This document shows, piece by piece, positions 9,556-18,301 of a stretch of DNA of 64,000 nt; positions within the stretch are counted from its first letter, which is position 1; every line of letters begins with the position of its first letter. Origin of the DNA: Gammaproteobacteria bacterium (GTDB taxonomy: Bacteria > Pseudomonadota > Gammaproteobacteria > Natronospirales > REEB76); NCBI GenBank assembly GCA_049698775.1, contig JBAVYM010000007.1:17657-81656 (forward strand), read 5' to 3'. The notes below the pieces were generated by a model, which was not told the origin of the DNA, did no database searches, and saw only the letters and a program-made list of their open reading frames with translations. Made by a program: the position numbers and the translations under genes.

Positions 9556-11487
9556 ATGAACGACCTGAACGAAGACAAACAATCGAAGCTCAAGCTCCTG
9601 ATCGCCAAGGGCAAGGAGCAAGGCTACCTCACGTATGCGGAAGTGAACGATCACTTGCCCAATGAGATCGTTGATCCGGAACAGATTGAAGAAATCGTTG
9701 CGATGATCAACGACATGGGCATCCCGGTGCACGAGGAAGCCCCGGACGCTGATACCCTGTTGCTGACCGATGCGGCCGCTTCCAACGCTGACGAAGAAGC
9801 TGCGGAAGAAGCTGCGGCGGCGCTCGCCGCGCTGGACGCCGAATTTGGCCGTACCACCGATCCGGTGCGTATGTACATGCGCGAGATGGGCACGGTGGAA
9901 CTGCTCACCCGCGAAGGCGAAATCCGCATCGCCAAGCGCATCGAGGAAGGCCTGACTCAGGTGCTGTCCTCGGTGGCCACCTATCCCGCTTCCTCGGCAC
10001 TGCTGCTCTCGGAATACGCCGGCGTGGCCGAAGGCCGCACCAAACTCACAGACATCATCTCCGGCTTTATTGATATGAACGCCGACATGCCGGTGCAGGA
10101 AACATCTGCCCCAGTTGCGGATGCGCCTGCTGTCACCGAAACCTTGCACACAGTGGAAGACGGCGAGGAAAGCGAGGAAGAAGAAGTTCCGGCCAAGACC
10201 AAACCCGCCAAGGCGGGCGAGGATGAGGAAAGCGACGCGGATGCAGAATCGAATCCAGCGGACACCGGACCCGATCCGGAGGAAACCGCGCGCCGCTTTG
10301 CGCAGTTGAAGAAACTGCATGACAAGGCGGTCAAGACTATCGTGAAACATGGCACCGCTCACAAGAGCACCATCCGCGTGCGCAAGCAGTTAGCCGAAAC
10401 GCTAATGCAATTGAAACTCACCCCGCGCATGACCGACATGCTCACCGGCGGTTTGCGCCATCGAGTGGACACGATTCGTGCCCACGAGCGGCAGATCATG
10501 GCCCTGTGTGTCTCCAAGGCCGGCATGCCGCGCAAGGATTTCATCAAGAGCTTTCCTGAAAACGAAACCAACACTCGCTGGATTGACCGCCAGATCAAAT
10601 CCAAACGCAAATGGTCCTCGGCGCTCGGTAGACAGAAGGAAGAAGTGATGCGGCTGCAGCACCGGCTCACCACCATCGAACACGAGGCGTATCTCTCAAT
10701 CCACGAGCTCAAGGAGATCAACCGCCAGATGTCCATCGGCGAGGCCAAAGCGCGCCGCGCCAAGAAGGAAATGGTGGAAGCCAACCTGCGTTTGGTAATT
10801 TCCATCGCCAAGAAATACACCAACCGTGGCCTGCAATTCCTGGACCTCATCCAGGAAGGCAACATCGGGCTCATGAAAGCAGTGGACAAGTTTGAATACC
10901 GCCGCGGCTACAAGTTCTCGACCTATGCAACTTGGTGGATTCGCCAGGCCATCACCCGTTCCATCGCCGATCAGGCGCGCACCATCCGCATACCAGTGCA
11001 TATGATCGAGACCATCAACAAGTTGAACCGAATCTCGCGCACCATGTTGCAGGAAATGGGCCGCGAGCCGACGCCGGACGAACTCGCGGTGAAGATGGAA
11101 ATGCCCGAGGATAAAGTGCGCAAGGTGCTCAAGATCGCCAAGGAACCCATCTCCATGGAAACCCCCATCGGCGATGACGAGGATTCCCATCTGGGCGACT
11201 TCATCGAAGATTCCTCGGTGACCTCGCCGGCGGACGCGGCCACCAATGAAAGCCTGCGGGAGCAGACGCACTCAGTGCTGGCGAGCCTTACCCCGCGCGA
11301 AGCCAAGGTGTTGCGCATGCGCTTCGGCATAGACATGAACACCGATCACACGCTGGAAGAAGTCGGCAAGCAGTTTGATGTGACCCGTGAACGCATCCGC
11401 CAGATCGAAGCCAAGGCGCTGCGTAAACTGCGGCACCCGTCGCGGTCCGACCAACTGCGCAGCTTCCTGGATGAGTCATCGTCCTAA
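9556..11487 (+). CDS. rpoD: RNA polymerase sigma factor RpoD (sigma70)
   Basis: 643 aa with an acidic region 1, [12 protein letters not shown] (region 2.3/2.4) and [27 protein letters not shown] (region 4.2). Confidence 0.98.
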   Translation: MNDLNEDKQSKLKLLIAKGKEQGYLTYAEVNDHLPNEIVDPEQIEEIVAMINDMGIPVHEEAPDADTLLLTDAAASNADEEAAEEAAAALAALDAEFGRTTDPVRMYMREMGTVELLTREGEIRIAKRIEEGLTQVLSSVATYPASSALLLSEYAGVAEGRTKLTDIISGFIDMNADMPVQETSAPVADAPAVTETLHTVEDGEESEEEEVPAKTKPAKAGEDEESDADAESNPADTGPDPEETARRFAQLKKLHDKAVKTIVKHGTAHKSTIRVRKQLAETLMQLKLTPRMTDMLTGGLRHRVDTIRAHERQIMALCVSKAGMPRKDFIKSFPENETNTRWIDRQIKSKRKWSSALGRQKEEVMRLQHRLTTIEHEAYLSIHELKEINRQMSIGEAKARRAKKEMVEANLRLVISIAKKYTNRGLQFLDLIQEGNIGLMKAVDKFEYRRGYKFSTYATWWIRQAITRSIADQARTIRIPVHMIETINKLNRISRTMLQEMGREPTPDELAVKMEMPEDKVRKVLKIAKEPISMETPIGDDEDSHLGDFIEDSSVTSPADAATNESLREQTHSVLASLTPREAKVLRMRFGIDMNTDHTLEEVGKQFDVTRERIRQIEAKALRKLRHPSRSDQLRSFLDESSS

Positions 11488-11509
11488 TAAACTTGCATCG
11501 TTAATCAGC

Positions 11510-11540
11510 AAAGGCCGCATCCAGTGCGGCCTTTGTATTT
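11510..11540 (+). terminator. intrinsic terminator of rpoD
   Basis: AAAGGCCGCA-tccag-TGCGGCCTTT (10 bp) followed by GTATTT. Confidence 0.8.
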
Positions 11541-11549
11541 AAACGGTAC

Positions 11550-11558
11550 TGTTATAAT
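11550..11558 (+). promoter_or_regulatory. extended -10 promoter element (TGtTATAAT) for the tRNA gene
   Basis: TGTTATAAT lies 18 nt upstream of tRNA position 1. No good -35 element. Confidence 0.45.
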
Positions 11559-11575
11559 CCGGTCGCGAAAGATGT

Positions 11576-11888
11576 GGGCCTGTAGCTCAGTTGGTTAGAG
11601 CAGGGGACTCATCGAAATGGTGACTCTGTGTTGAAAGATGCAGATGCAAACGGGATGAATTCAGGGAAACCTTCACGGCTTGGCCACTGGCAACCCTGAG
11701 CCAAACCGGCGGTACACCGCCGGAAGGTGCAGAGACTACCTGAGGGCTGCAGCGCCCTTAATAACAGGTTCGAGCTTCCCGCACCCTACCAGCACATGCT
11801 GCGGGTGATGAGATAGTCCACCCCTACCGGAAACGGCGGGAACATGTGAATCCCTTGGTCGAAGGTTCGAGTCCTTCCGGGCCCACCA
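11576..11888 (+). tRNA. ileX: tRNA-Ile2 (anticodon CAU, lysidine type) gene split by an intron; exons 11576..11612 and 11849..11888
   Basis: The joined exons give a 77-nt cloverleaf. Acceptor GGGCCTG pairs with CGGGCCC, followed by discriminator A and an encoded CCA. The other arms are D-arm TAGCTCAGTTGGTTAGAGCA, anticodon stem GGGGA/TCCCT, loop CTCATAA, variable TTGGTC and T-arm GAAGG-TTCGAGT-CCTTC. It is closer to E. coli ileX than to elongator Met (variable loop, C4-G69 and C5-G68). Confidence 0.85.
11613..11848 (+). ncRNA. group I (IC3-like) intron in the anticodon loop, no ORF
   Basis: Inserted between CAT and AA of the anticodon loop. A GTG guide 7 nt into the intron can pair with exon CAU. 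Core strings: GGCAAC (11689), GAGCCAA (11698), GAAGGTGCAGAGACTA (11723..11738) with GACTA pairing TAGTC (11814..11818). Also a CCG-GAAA-CGG tetraloop hairpin and a terminal G at 11848. Confidence 0.75.
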
Positions 11889-12527
11889 TTACTGACGGTA
11901 ACGGAGATATATCAGCGCTGCAACTGTATCCGCGGTCCGTGTGAATATTTCAACTGGCACAGACCGGGAAGCGCATGTTTGTTTTTCAACAAGCAGCGTG
12001 TGATGTTCATTTAATTCCAGCGGAATCGTCCCCACGCCATCCAGTAAAGCTCTGCCCTTGAAACAATAGACCAATAGAGTTTCAGTGGCTGCGCGCCAGA
12101 TCAGTGTTTGTCCTGGTTGTTTCACGATCTCGAGGTGACACGTCAGTCTCGTACGCAAGATCATCACGTTGAAATCCCGCACCAGCCCGGCGAGCAACCG
12201 GCATTGGGTGTGCCACTCGCCTTTGAAGTTGAACGGCACAAATCTCTGTTCGATGCGCTGGGGCGGGGCAGCGTCAAAGCTGAGTTCCATGCCAGCGCCT
12301 TCGGCCAGCAAGATGGTACGGTCATAACCAGGGAAGCTTGAAAACTCGCAATCGGTATCTACCCCTGCGAGACTCACGCGCCAGTCGAAAGGTTTGCCGT
12401 TCAACCCCGCGTCCGCGGGGGATGCCGCGATTTCCGTGGTCAACCCCAAGCCGTTTTTCCAGCGCATGCGGCGGTAATCGGCGAGAGTCAGAAGATGCAG
12501 GCCTGTCGCGAGCGTACGCACGGTCAC
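11889..12527 (-). CDS. HutD/Ves-family protein
   Basis: 212 aa with a YRRMRWKNGLGLTTEIA motif typical of HutD. The stop codon abuts the tRNA 3' end. Confidence 0.7.
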   Translation of the reverse strand: MTVRTLATGLHLLTLADYRRMRWKNGLGLTTEIAASPADAGLNGKPFDWRVSLAGVDTDCEFSSFPGYDRTILLAEGAGMELSFDAAPPQRIEQRFVPFNFKGEWHTQCRLLAGLVRDFNVMILRTRLTCHLEIVKQPGQTLIWRAATETLLVYCFKGRALLDGVGTIPLELNEHHTLLVEKQTCASRSVPVEIFTRTADTVAALIYLRYRQ

Positions 12528-12550
12528 CTTTGCTTCGGGGACAGCCGTGT

Positions 12551-13219
12551 TCAGGGTTGGCTGTACTTGGCCTGGTAGGCCAGTCCCATGAGCAGGATGC
12601 GCAAGGTGCCCAGTAACTGCTCGGTAAGGTTCACCCGAAACAGCACAAATTCCGGCTCTTCAAGTACGGCTTCAACCACCTCGGACGATTCGGCGAGATG
12701 TTCAAAACCGATGACCAGTGCATCGAACTTGAGCAACAGGTCCGCGCCCTGGCCGGGCTTCAGAAACGGCAGGCAGGCTTCCAGCAGCGCGCCAGTGTGC
12801 AGCACGCGTTCCCTGAGTTGGGTTTTGAAACGCCGCAGTGTCGCGTGGTCCACGTTGCGTTCCAGTACCGTGTGCAGTATGGCGACGAGCCGCAGGAACG
12901 ACGGCCGGTCATCCAGTGAATCGCTCATGAGTTGCAGCACGTTGTCGAAACTCGCGTGCTGGCGGTTCTTTTCCAGACCCGCGTCCAGTTCGTCGAACCA
13001 GCGGCCGAGCTCTTCCTCGTAGAGGGCCAGGAACAGTTCTTCCTTGCTACGGAAGTACAGATACAAGGTGCCCTTGGCGAGATCCGCATCGGCGGCGATG
13101 CGGTCCATGGTGAGGGCGTCGTAAGGCGTATCGGCGAAACGTGCCAAGGCGACTTTGAGAATATCCGTGCGTCGCATTTGTTTCTGCGCGTCGGTCACGG
13201 CTCGGTTGAGATTAGCCAT
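12551..13219 (-). CDS. TetR/AcrR-family transcriptional regulator
   Basis: N-terminal HTH (ALARFADTPYDALTMDRIAADADLAKGTLYLYFRSKEELF) is a typical TetR signature. Confidence 0.9.
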   Translation of the reverse strand: MANLNRAVTDAQKQMRRTDILKVALARFADTPYDALTMDRIAADADLAKGTLYLYFRSKEELFLALYEEELGRWFDELDAGLEKNRQHASFDNVLQLMSDSLDDRPSFLRLVAILHTVLERNVDHATLRRFKTQLRERVLHTGALLEACLPFLKPGQGADLLLKFDALVIGFEHLAESSEVVEAVLEEPEFVLFRVNLTEQLLGTLRILLMGLAYQAKYSQP

Positions 13220-13234
13220 ATACGGTCTCCCTTA

Positions 13235-13268
13235 TGACTTTTGGTCATTTATAATTGACCAAAGGTCA
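13235..13268. promoter_or_regulatory. two palindromic 13-mers (TGACTTTTGGTCA, TGACCAAAGGTCA); probable TetR operators
   Basis: 13235..13247 and 13256..13268, lying 16-50 nt upstream of the TetR start codon. Confidence 0.6.
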
Positions 13269-13288
13269 CTTGTCAAGGATTTATCAAA

Positions 13289-14137
13289 TCATTCGCGGAC
13301 CAACCAGCGAATATCGTGGCTGCCGGTTTTCGGCGCCAGCACGTCTTTGAGAAAACTGAGCGCATTGTCGAGGCTCGACTCGCTCTGCCACGGCGGATTG
13401 ACCACCGCCATGCCACACCCGAAAAAGCCGGGAACCTCCGCTGGTGCCATGCGAAATTCCGCAAGCAGAATGCGGCGGATGTCTGACTGAAGTAAACCTC
13501 GCTCAAAGCGCATGACCGCCGGCACGTCTTTCATTGGATACCAAAGAGCGTAGGTTCCCATGGACCAGCGGGCATGCGCAACGCGCAATGTATCCAACAT
13601 GCGGCTGAATTCTTCCGGCTGCTCGAAAGGCGGATCCATGAGCACCAGGCCGCGCCGTTCCGCAGGCGGCAGCAGCGCTTTCAGCATTTCGTAACCGTCG
13701 CGCAGATGTATTGCCACACGCGGATCGCGGCGGAAACGATCGTGCAATACACGTTCCTCGTGGGGCTGCAATTCCGCCAGCACCAGGCGATCCTGGGCAC
13801 GAGCCAAACCAGCCGCCACCATCGGAGAACCGGGATAAAACCGCGGCGTGACACCGGGGGCAAGCCCGGGGTTGACCGTAGCGACCGCGTCGCACAATTG
13901 CATCACCGGCGCCGGTGCCGCACGCCGGCCCACCCACAGCCTGCCGATACCACCGGCTGATTCATTGGATTTTGTGGCCGCCTCGGCCGCGAGATCATAG
14001 ACGCCCGCTCCGGCGTGGCTGTCGAAATAAGACCAGGGTACGGGCTTGCGATTGAGTGCCTCCAGCAACACCGCCAGCACGGTGTGCTTCACAATGTCGG
14101 CGAAGTTGCCGGCATGGAAAGCGTGGCGGTAATTCAT
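13289..14137 (-). CDS. rlmJ: 23S rRNA (adenine2030-N6)-methyltransferase
   Basis: MNYRHAFHAGNFADIVKH N-terminus and overall length (282 aa) are typical of RlmJ. Confidence 0.9.
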   Translation of the reverse strand: MNYRHAFHAGNFADIVKHTVLAVLLEALNRKPVPWSYFDSHAGAGVYDLAAEAATKSNESAGGIGRLWVGRRAAPAPVMQLCDAVATVNPGLAPGVTPRFYPGSPMVAAGLARAQDRLVLAELQPHEERVLHDRFRRDPRVAIHLRDGYEMLKALLPPAERRGLVLMDPPFEQPEEFSRMLDTLRVAHARWSMGTYALWYPMKDVPAVMRFERGLLQSDIRRILLAEFRMAPAEVPGFFGCGMAVVNPPWQSESSLDNALSFLKDVLAPKTGSHDIRWLVRE

Positions 14138-14198
14138 AGCCTGATGATGTCACACAAAGTGTTGCTATGATGCAGCGCCACCCCATACCGCTGCTCGC

Positions 14199-15779
14199 AT
14201 GGTCCTGCTCAAACGCCTCAATCCCCTGTACTGGCTGCTGATGGTGCTGGCAGTTATTTTCGCGTGCGCGCTGTTCAATCACGGGCCGGTGCCATCCATG
14301 GAACCGCGTTTCGCGGAAGCGGTGCGCGAGATGCTGGCGCGTGGCGAATACCTGATTCCCATCAAGAACGGCGTTCCCTACATCGAATACCCGCCGCTGT
14401 ATTTCTGGCTGGGTTTGTTGGGCAAGGCCATCGGTTTGCCGCTCACGGCAGCCATCCGTCTGCCGGGTTATATCGGTTTCCTGCTGTGGGTCGGCTGGTT
14501 GGCGCGATTGCAGAAAGACCTGTTCCCCGGCTGGCCGCGCTGGCTGTTGCCGCTCACTGCCGCGGCGTTACCGGCCATCCTCTACAACTTCTTCACCGCC
14601 CAATCCGACAGCCTGCTAATTCTGGGCACACTCATCGCAATGACCGGATTCGTGCACTTTCGCACCGACCCCAAACGGCATGGTTTTCCTTGGGAATTAT
14701 GGCTGGGAGTCCTGCTGGCCACCGCCGCCAAAGGACCGGTGGGACTCGCCATCACCCTGCCGGCCATGGCCATCGAGGTAATACTCGCGGCCTTCCTGAG
14801 CACTCAGCCGGTCATGAGCGAAACTCACGGTTTCGCCGCGCGCCTGACCTGGATATTCAGGGAAGCTTGGCGCATGGCGCCCTTGCGCGGCATCGCACTG
14901 GCGCTGGTCGGCATCGTGCCTTGGTACATCGCCGCGGGCTTCACCGTGAACTGGGAATTCGTGCGCGCGGTGCTGATGTACCAGAACTTCACGCGCTTTT
15001 TTGTGGGCTTCGATCATCTGCAACCCTGGTGGCTGTACGCCCAAAGCATCTGGGGTGATTTGTTCCCGCTGTCGCTGCTGTTCCCTATCGGCATTTATTT
15101 CGGCGTCCGCCACATCCGCGAATTCCGCTGGCGTGTGCTGCTGGTGTGGGCGCTGTTCACCTTGCTGTTCTTCACCGTATCCGCATCCAAACAGAGCAAA
15201 TACATCCTGCCGGCGGCGCCGGCCATCGCGCTGCTGGCACTGGCCAGCCTCGCGTTACTGTTCAATCCGCGCTGGAAAACGATCATCCGCGGCGTGCTGC
15301 AGGGCTGGGCGGCGGCGTTCATCGTGTTCTTCGGCGCATTGGTAATCGTGTGGCTGCCGTTTCATGACCACAGCATCGGTGGTATGCAAGGCTACGAGCA
15401 GATCAAGGCGGCGGTGGCGAAAGCGCCCGGTACAATCGTGAACTTCCAGTGGCCACGGCCCATGACGCTGTACGTACTGGGCGCGCCCATGCCGTATGTG
15501 CGCTCCAGCCGTCAACTCTACGATGAGATTCGCGTGGGGAAAATCAAACCCGGCGATTACATTCTGGTGAATACCAAATACCTGCCGGACGGCGGTCAGC
15601 CAAATGACATGAAATTCCTGCCGGCTCCCGCAGCGCCGGCGTTCGCGCCAGTGCTGAAAGTCAAAGCCGAGGATCCCATGCTGCTGTACCGGGTGCTGCC
15701 GGCCGCGGCGCTAATGCCGATGCCGGTTACACCTGAGCCGGCTCCGTGGCACTGGTGGGAACAGTTCGATACGGATTGA
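14199..15779 (+). CDS. glycosyltransferase family 39 (ArnT/PMT-like) integral membrane protein
   Basis: 526 aa, polytopic. The early EPRFAEA...YIEYPPLYFW loop resembles ArnT/PMT_2 proteins. Confidence 0.65.
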   Translation: MVLLKRLNPLYWLLMVLAVIFACALFNHGPVPSMEPRFAEAVREMLARGEYLIPIKNGVPYIEYPPLYFWLGLLGKAIGLPLTAAIRLPGYIGFLLWVGWLARLQKDLFPGWPRWLLPLTAAALPAILYNFFTAQSDSLLILGTLIAMTGFVHFRTDPKRHGFPWELWLGVLLATAAKGPVGLAITLPAMAIEVILAAFLSTQPVMSETHGFAARLTWIFREAWRMAPLRGIALALVGIVPWYIAAGFTVNWEFVRAVLMYQNFTRFFVGFDHLQPWWLYAQSIWGDLFPLSLLFPIGIYFGVRHIREFRWRVLLVWALFTLLFFTVSASKQSKYILPAAPAIALLALASLALLFNPRWKTIIRGVLQGWAAAFIVFFGALVIVWLPFHDHSIGGMQGYEQIKAAVAKAPGTIVNFQWPRPMTLYVLGAPMPYVRSSRQLYDEIRVGKIKPGDYILVNTKYLPDGGQPNDMKFLPAPAAPAFAPVLKVKAEDPMLLYRVLPAAALMPMPVTPEPAPWHWWEQFDTD

Positions 15780-15780
15780 A

Positions 15781-16701
15781 TCAGGGTTTCGTTTTCAACA
15801 GCGCCTTGAGGCCGCCCCGGTAACGCGTGGTCACCAATATCACGCCCGCCAGAATCACGAACATCCCCAGCAACCGGATGCCTTCCACCTTTTCACCCAG
15901 TACCGCCCAGCCCAGCACCAAGGCAATGGCCGGATTCACATACGCGGTGGTGCTCAGCTTGTCCGGAGTCGTGTGATGGATGAGCCACACATAGGTGCTG
16001 TAGGCGAGGCATGAGCCGAACACAGTGAGATACGCGAGAGCGCCCAGGCCACGCACACTCCAATGCCAATGCGCCGGCTCGCCGATGGCCACGCCCAGGA
16101 TCACCAGTAACACGCCACCGGCAAATAACAGCATGCCGGAGAGCATGAGCGGCGATACGCTTACTGCAAAACTGCGGCCGTAAATCACGCCCGCTCCCCA
16201 GCAGACCGTGGACAGCAAAATCATGAGCTGGGCGCCGAAGTGCTCGAAGGAAAATTGCCGGCCCGGCAACAGCATCAGGATGGCACCCAGGAAACCCAGC
16301 ACCAGACCAAACTTCGCGCGCGACGAAAGTGCATGGCTTTTGGGCCCGAACGTGCCGAACCATGCCACCCACAGTGCCGAGGTCGTGGCGATGAGTGCTG
16401 CCTGATTCGACTGCACGTACACTTCCGCCCAGGTGACCAAGCCGTTACCCAACGACACCAGCAACACGCCCATAACCAGTGCGTGCAGCCAATCGCGCCT
16501 GACGCGTGGCAATCGCTCGCCGCGGACAGCGGCAATCAACATGATCGCCAACCCGGCAATGGAATTGCGTACGCCCGATAGCATGGCGGGCGGAATATCC
16601 TGCACGCCGATGCGGATGCCGAGATACGTCGAACCCCAAACTACATACACCACGGCGAAAGCCGCCAGGATTTGCAGCCGGTGGCGGGCATCGCTGGTCA
16701 T
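15781..16701 (-). CDS. EamA/DMT-family transporter
   Basis: 306 aa, about 10 TM segments, with the two-repeat EamA pattern. Confidence 0.8.
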   Translation of the reverse strand: MTSDARHRLQILAAFAVVYVVWGSTYLGIRIGVQDIPPAMLSGVRNSIAGLAIMLIAAVRGERLPRVRRDWLHALVMGVLLVSLGNGLVTWAEVYVQSNQAALIATTSALWVAWFGTFGPKSHALSSRAKFGLVLGFLGAILMLLPGRQFSFEHFGAQLMILLSTVCWGAGVIYGRSFAVSVSPLMLSGMLLFAGGVLLVILGVAIGEPAHWHWSVRGLGALAYLTVFGSCLAYSTYVWLIHHTTPDKLSTTAYVNPAIALVLGWAVLGEKVEGIRLLGMFVILAGVILVTTRYRGGLKALLKTKP

Positions 16702-16893
16702 GCAGTCCTTGGGAAAGCGGGCGTAAAGGGTGGTTATTCTACACGCGCGAAATGAGTAACGCGGAAACCGGTTGGCAGGTCTTCACCGCTTCGGATGTTT
16801 CGGAAGCCAGATACGCCGACTCCAATACCCGGGCTTGACTCAACTCGTTTTCATTCCATGCAGCCGTTGAACCGCTTGCGATTGTTCACTGGC

Positions 16894-17685
16894 TCACGGC
16901 ACATCCTGCCGCTGCTCCCGCTGCGCATCCACCTGTTTCGATCCGGGCACCAGAATACGCGCCATCAGCATACCGATTTCATACAGCAGATAGGTGGGCA
17001 CCGACAGCAAGGTCATGGATACCACGTCGGGCGGCGACAGGATCATGCCGGCAATAAAACTTCCCACCAGCGCGTAGGGCCGGAGTTTTTGCAGTTTGCC
17101 CGGCGTCGTGAATCCCGCCCACACCGCCAGCACGATGGCCACCGGCACTTCGAACGCTAGACCAAAAGCAAAAAAAATCGTGAGCACAAAATCCAGATAG
17201 GCGTTGATGTCAGTCATCACCTTGACGCCGGCCGGCGCCACCGAGGTGAGGAACGCGAATGCCACCGGGAACAGCACGAAATACGCGAACGCGACACCGC
17301 AATAAAACAGCGCCACGCTCGATACCAGTAGCGGGAAAAACATGCGCCGCTCGCTTTTGTAGAGTGCCGGCGAGATGAAACGCCATAGATGCCACAGGAA
17401 CACCGGCATGGAAAGGAACAACGCCACCATGAGCGTAAGTTTCATGGGTGTCATGAACGGCGAGGTCACGCTGGTCGCAATCATGCTGCTGCCGGCCGGC
17501 AGACGCCGCAGCATGGGTAGCGCCACAAAATCGAACACTCTGTTCTGAAACGGGAACAAGCAGAAGAACAACACCAGCAGCGTGCCGATCCACAGCAGCA
17601 ACCGGCGGCGCAGCTCCAGCAGATGAGCGATGAGCGAACTGCTCAGCAGCGGCTCGCCGCTGGAATTATCCGGCGGGGGGCTCAT
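16894..17685 (-). CDS. tatC: twin-arginine translocase subunit TatC
   Basis: LIAHLLELRRRLL followed by 6 TM segments. The start could be 17685 (MSPPPD) or 17718; either overlaps tatB. Confidence 0.9.
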   Translation of the reverse strand: MSPPPDNSSGEPLLSSSLIAHLLELRRRLLLWIGTLLVLFFCLFPFQNRVFDFVALPMLRRLPAGSSMIATSVTSPFMTPMKLTLMVALFLSMPVFLWHLWRFISPALYKSERRMFFPLLVSSVALFYCGVAFAYFVLFPVAFAFLTSVAPAGVKVMTDINAYLDFVLTIFFAFGLAFEVPVAIVLAVWAGFTTPGKLQKLRPYALVGSFIAGMILSPPDVVSMTLLSVPTYLLYEIGMLMARILVPGSKQVDAQREQRQDVP

Positions 17686-17962
17686 GCTTCGCGGCGTCCT
17701 GCGGCGCGTGCGCCGCATCGGGTTTTGCGTCGCTGAAGTTCGACGGATTACGCAGCGCGCGACGCGCGCCGTCCGTCGCCTTGCGCAGCTCCTCGGCGGC
17801 CACCTCGCGTTCGATCTGTTCAGTGAGATTGCGTACCACGGCCCGCGCCCGGCCCACCCACAGGCCCACGGTACGCGCGAGACCCGGCAGGCGTTCGGGA
17901 CCGAACACCACCAGCGCCAGCACGAAAATCAGTGCCAGCTCCCAAAAGCTACCCTCTAACAT
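17666..17962 (-). CDS. tatB: twin-arginine translocase subunit TatB
   Basis: 98 aa with an FWELALIFVLALVVFGPERLP motif. Confidence 0.88.
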   Translation of the reverse strand: MLEGSFWELALIFVLALVVFGPERLPGLARTVGLWVGRARAVVRNLTEQIEREVAAEELRKATDGARRALRNPSNFSDAKPDAAHAPQDAAKHEPPAG

Positions 17963-17968
17963 GGGCGA

Positions 17969-18178
17969 TCAGTGGGAAGTGTTCTCGGAACCGGGCTTGG
18001 ATTTGTCGTCGGCGGGTTTGTCTGACGCAGCCGGTGCGCTCTCGCTGTCGTGCACGCCCTTCTTGAAGCTGCGCACCGCCTTGCCAATATCTTCGCCGAT
18101 CTTGGGCAATCGGGCGGTGCCAAACACCAGCACCACGATAACGAGAATCAGGATGATCTTGGGGATACTGAGTTCCAT
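17969..18178 (-). CDS. tatA: twin-arginine translocase subunit TatA
   Basis: MELSIPKIILILVIVVLVFGTARLPKIGEDIGKAVRSFKKG. Start set at ATG 18178. Confidence 0.9.
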   Translation of the reverse strand: MELSIPKIILILVIVVLVFGTARLPKIGEDIGKAVRSFKKGVHDSESAPAASDKPADDKSKPGSENTSH

Positions 18179-18301
18179 AAACGCTCCTGCGGTTCCGCGC
18201 GGCGGGGCCGCAATCATTGCAAACGCGGCACACGTGGGCCGGTAGACAGCTATTTTACCCCCGTTGCACAGCTTTTATTCCGCAGCCGCGAAAGCCCGGG
18301 G

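Noticed and set aside
9472-10362. 296-aa ORF antisense to the 5' part of rpoD
   Set aside because: Shadow ORF opposite the acidic region of sigma70.
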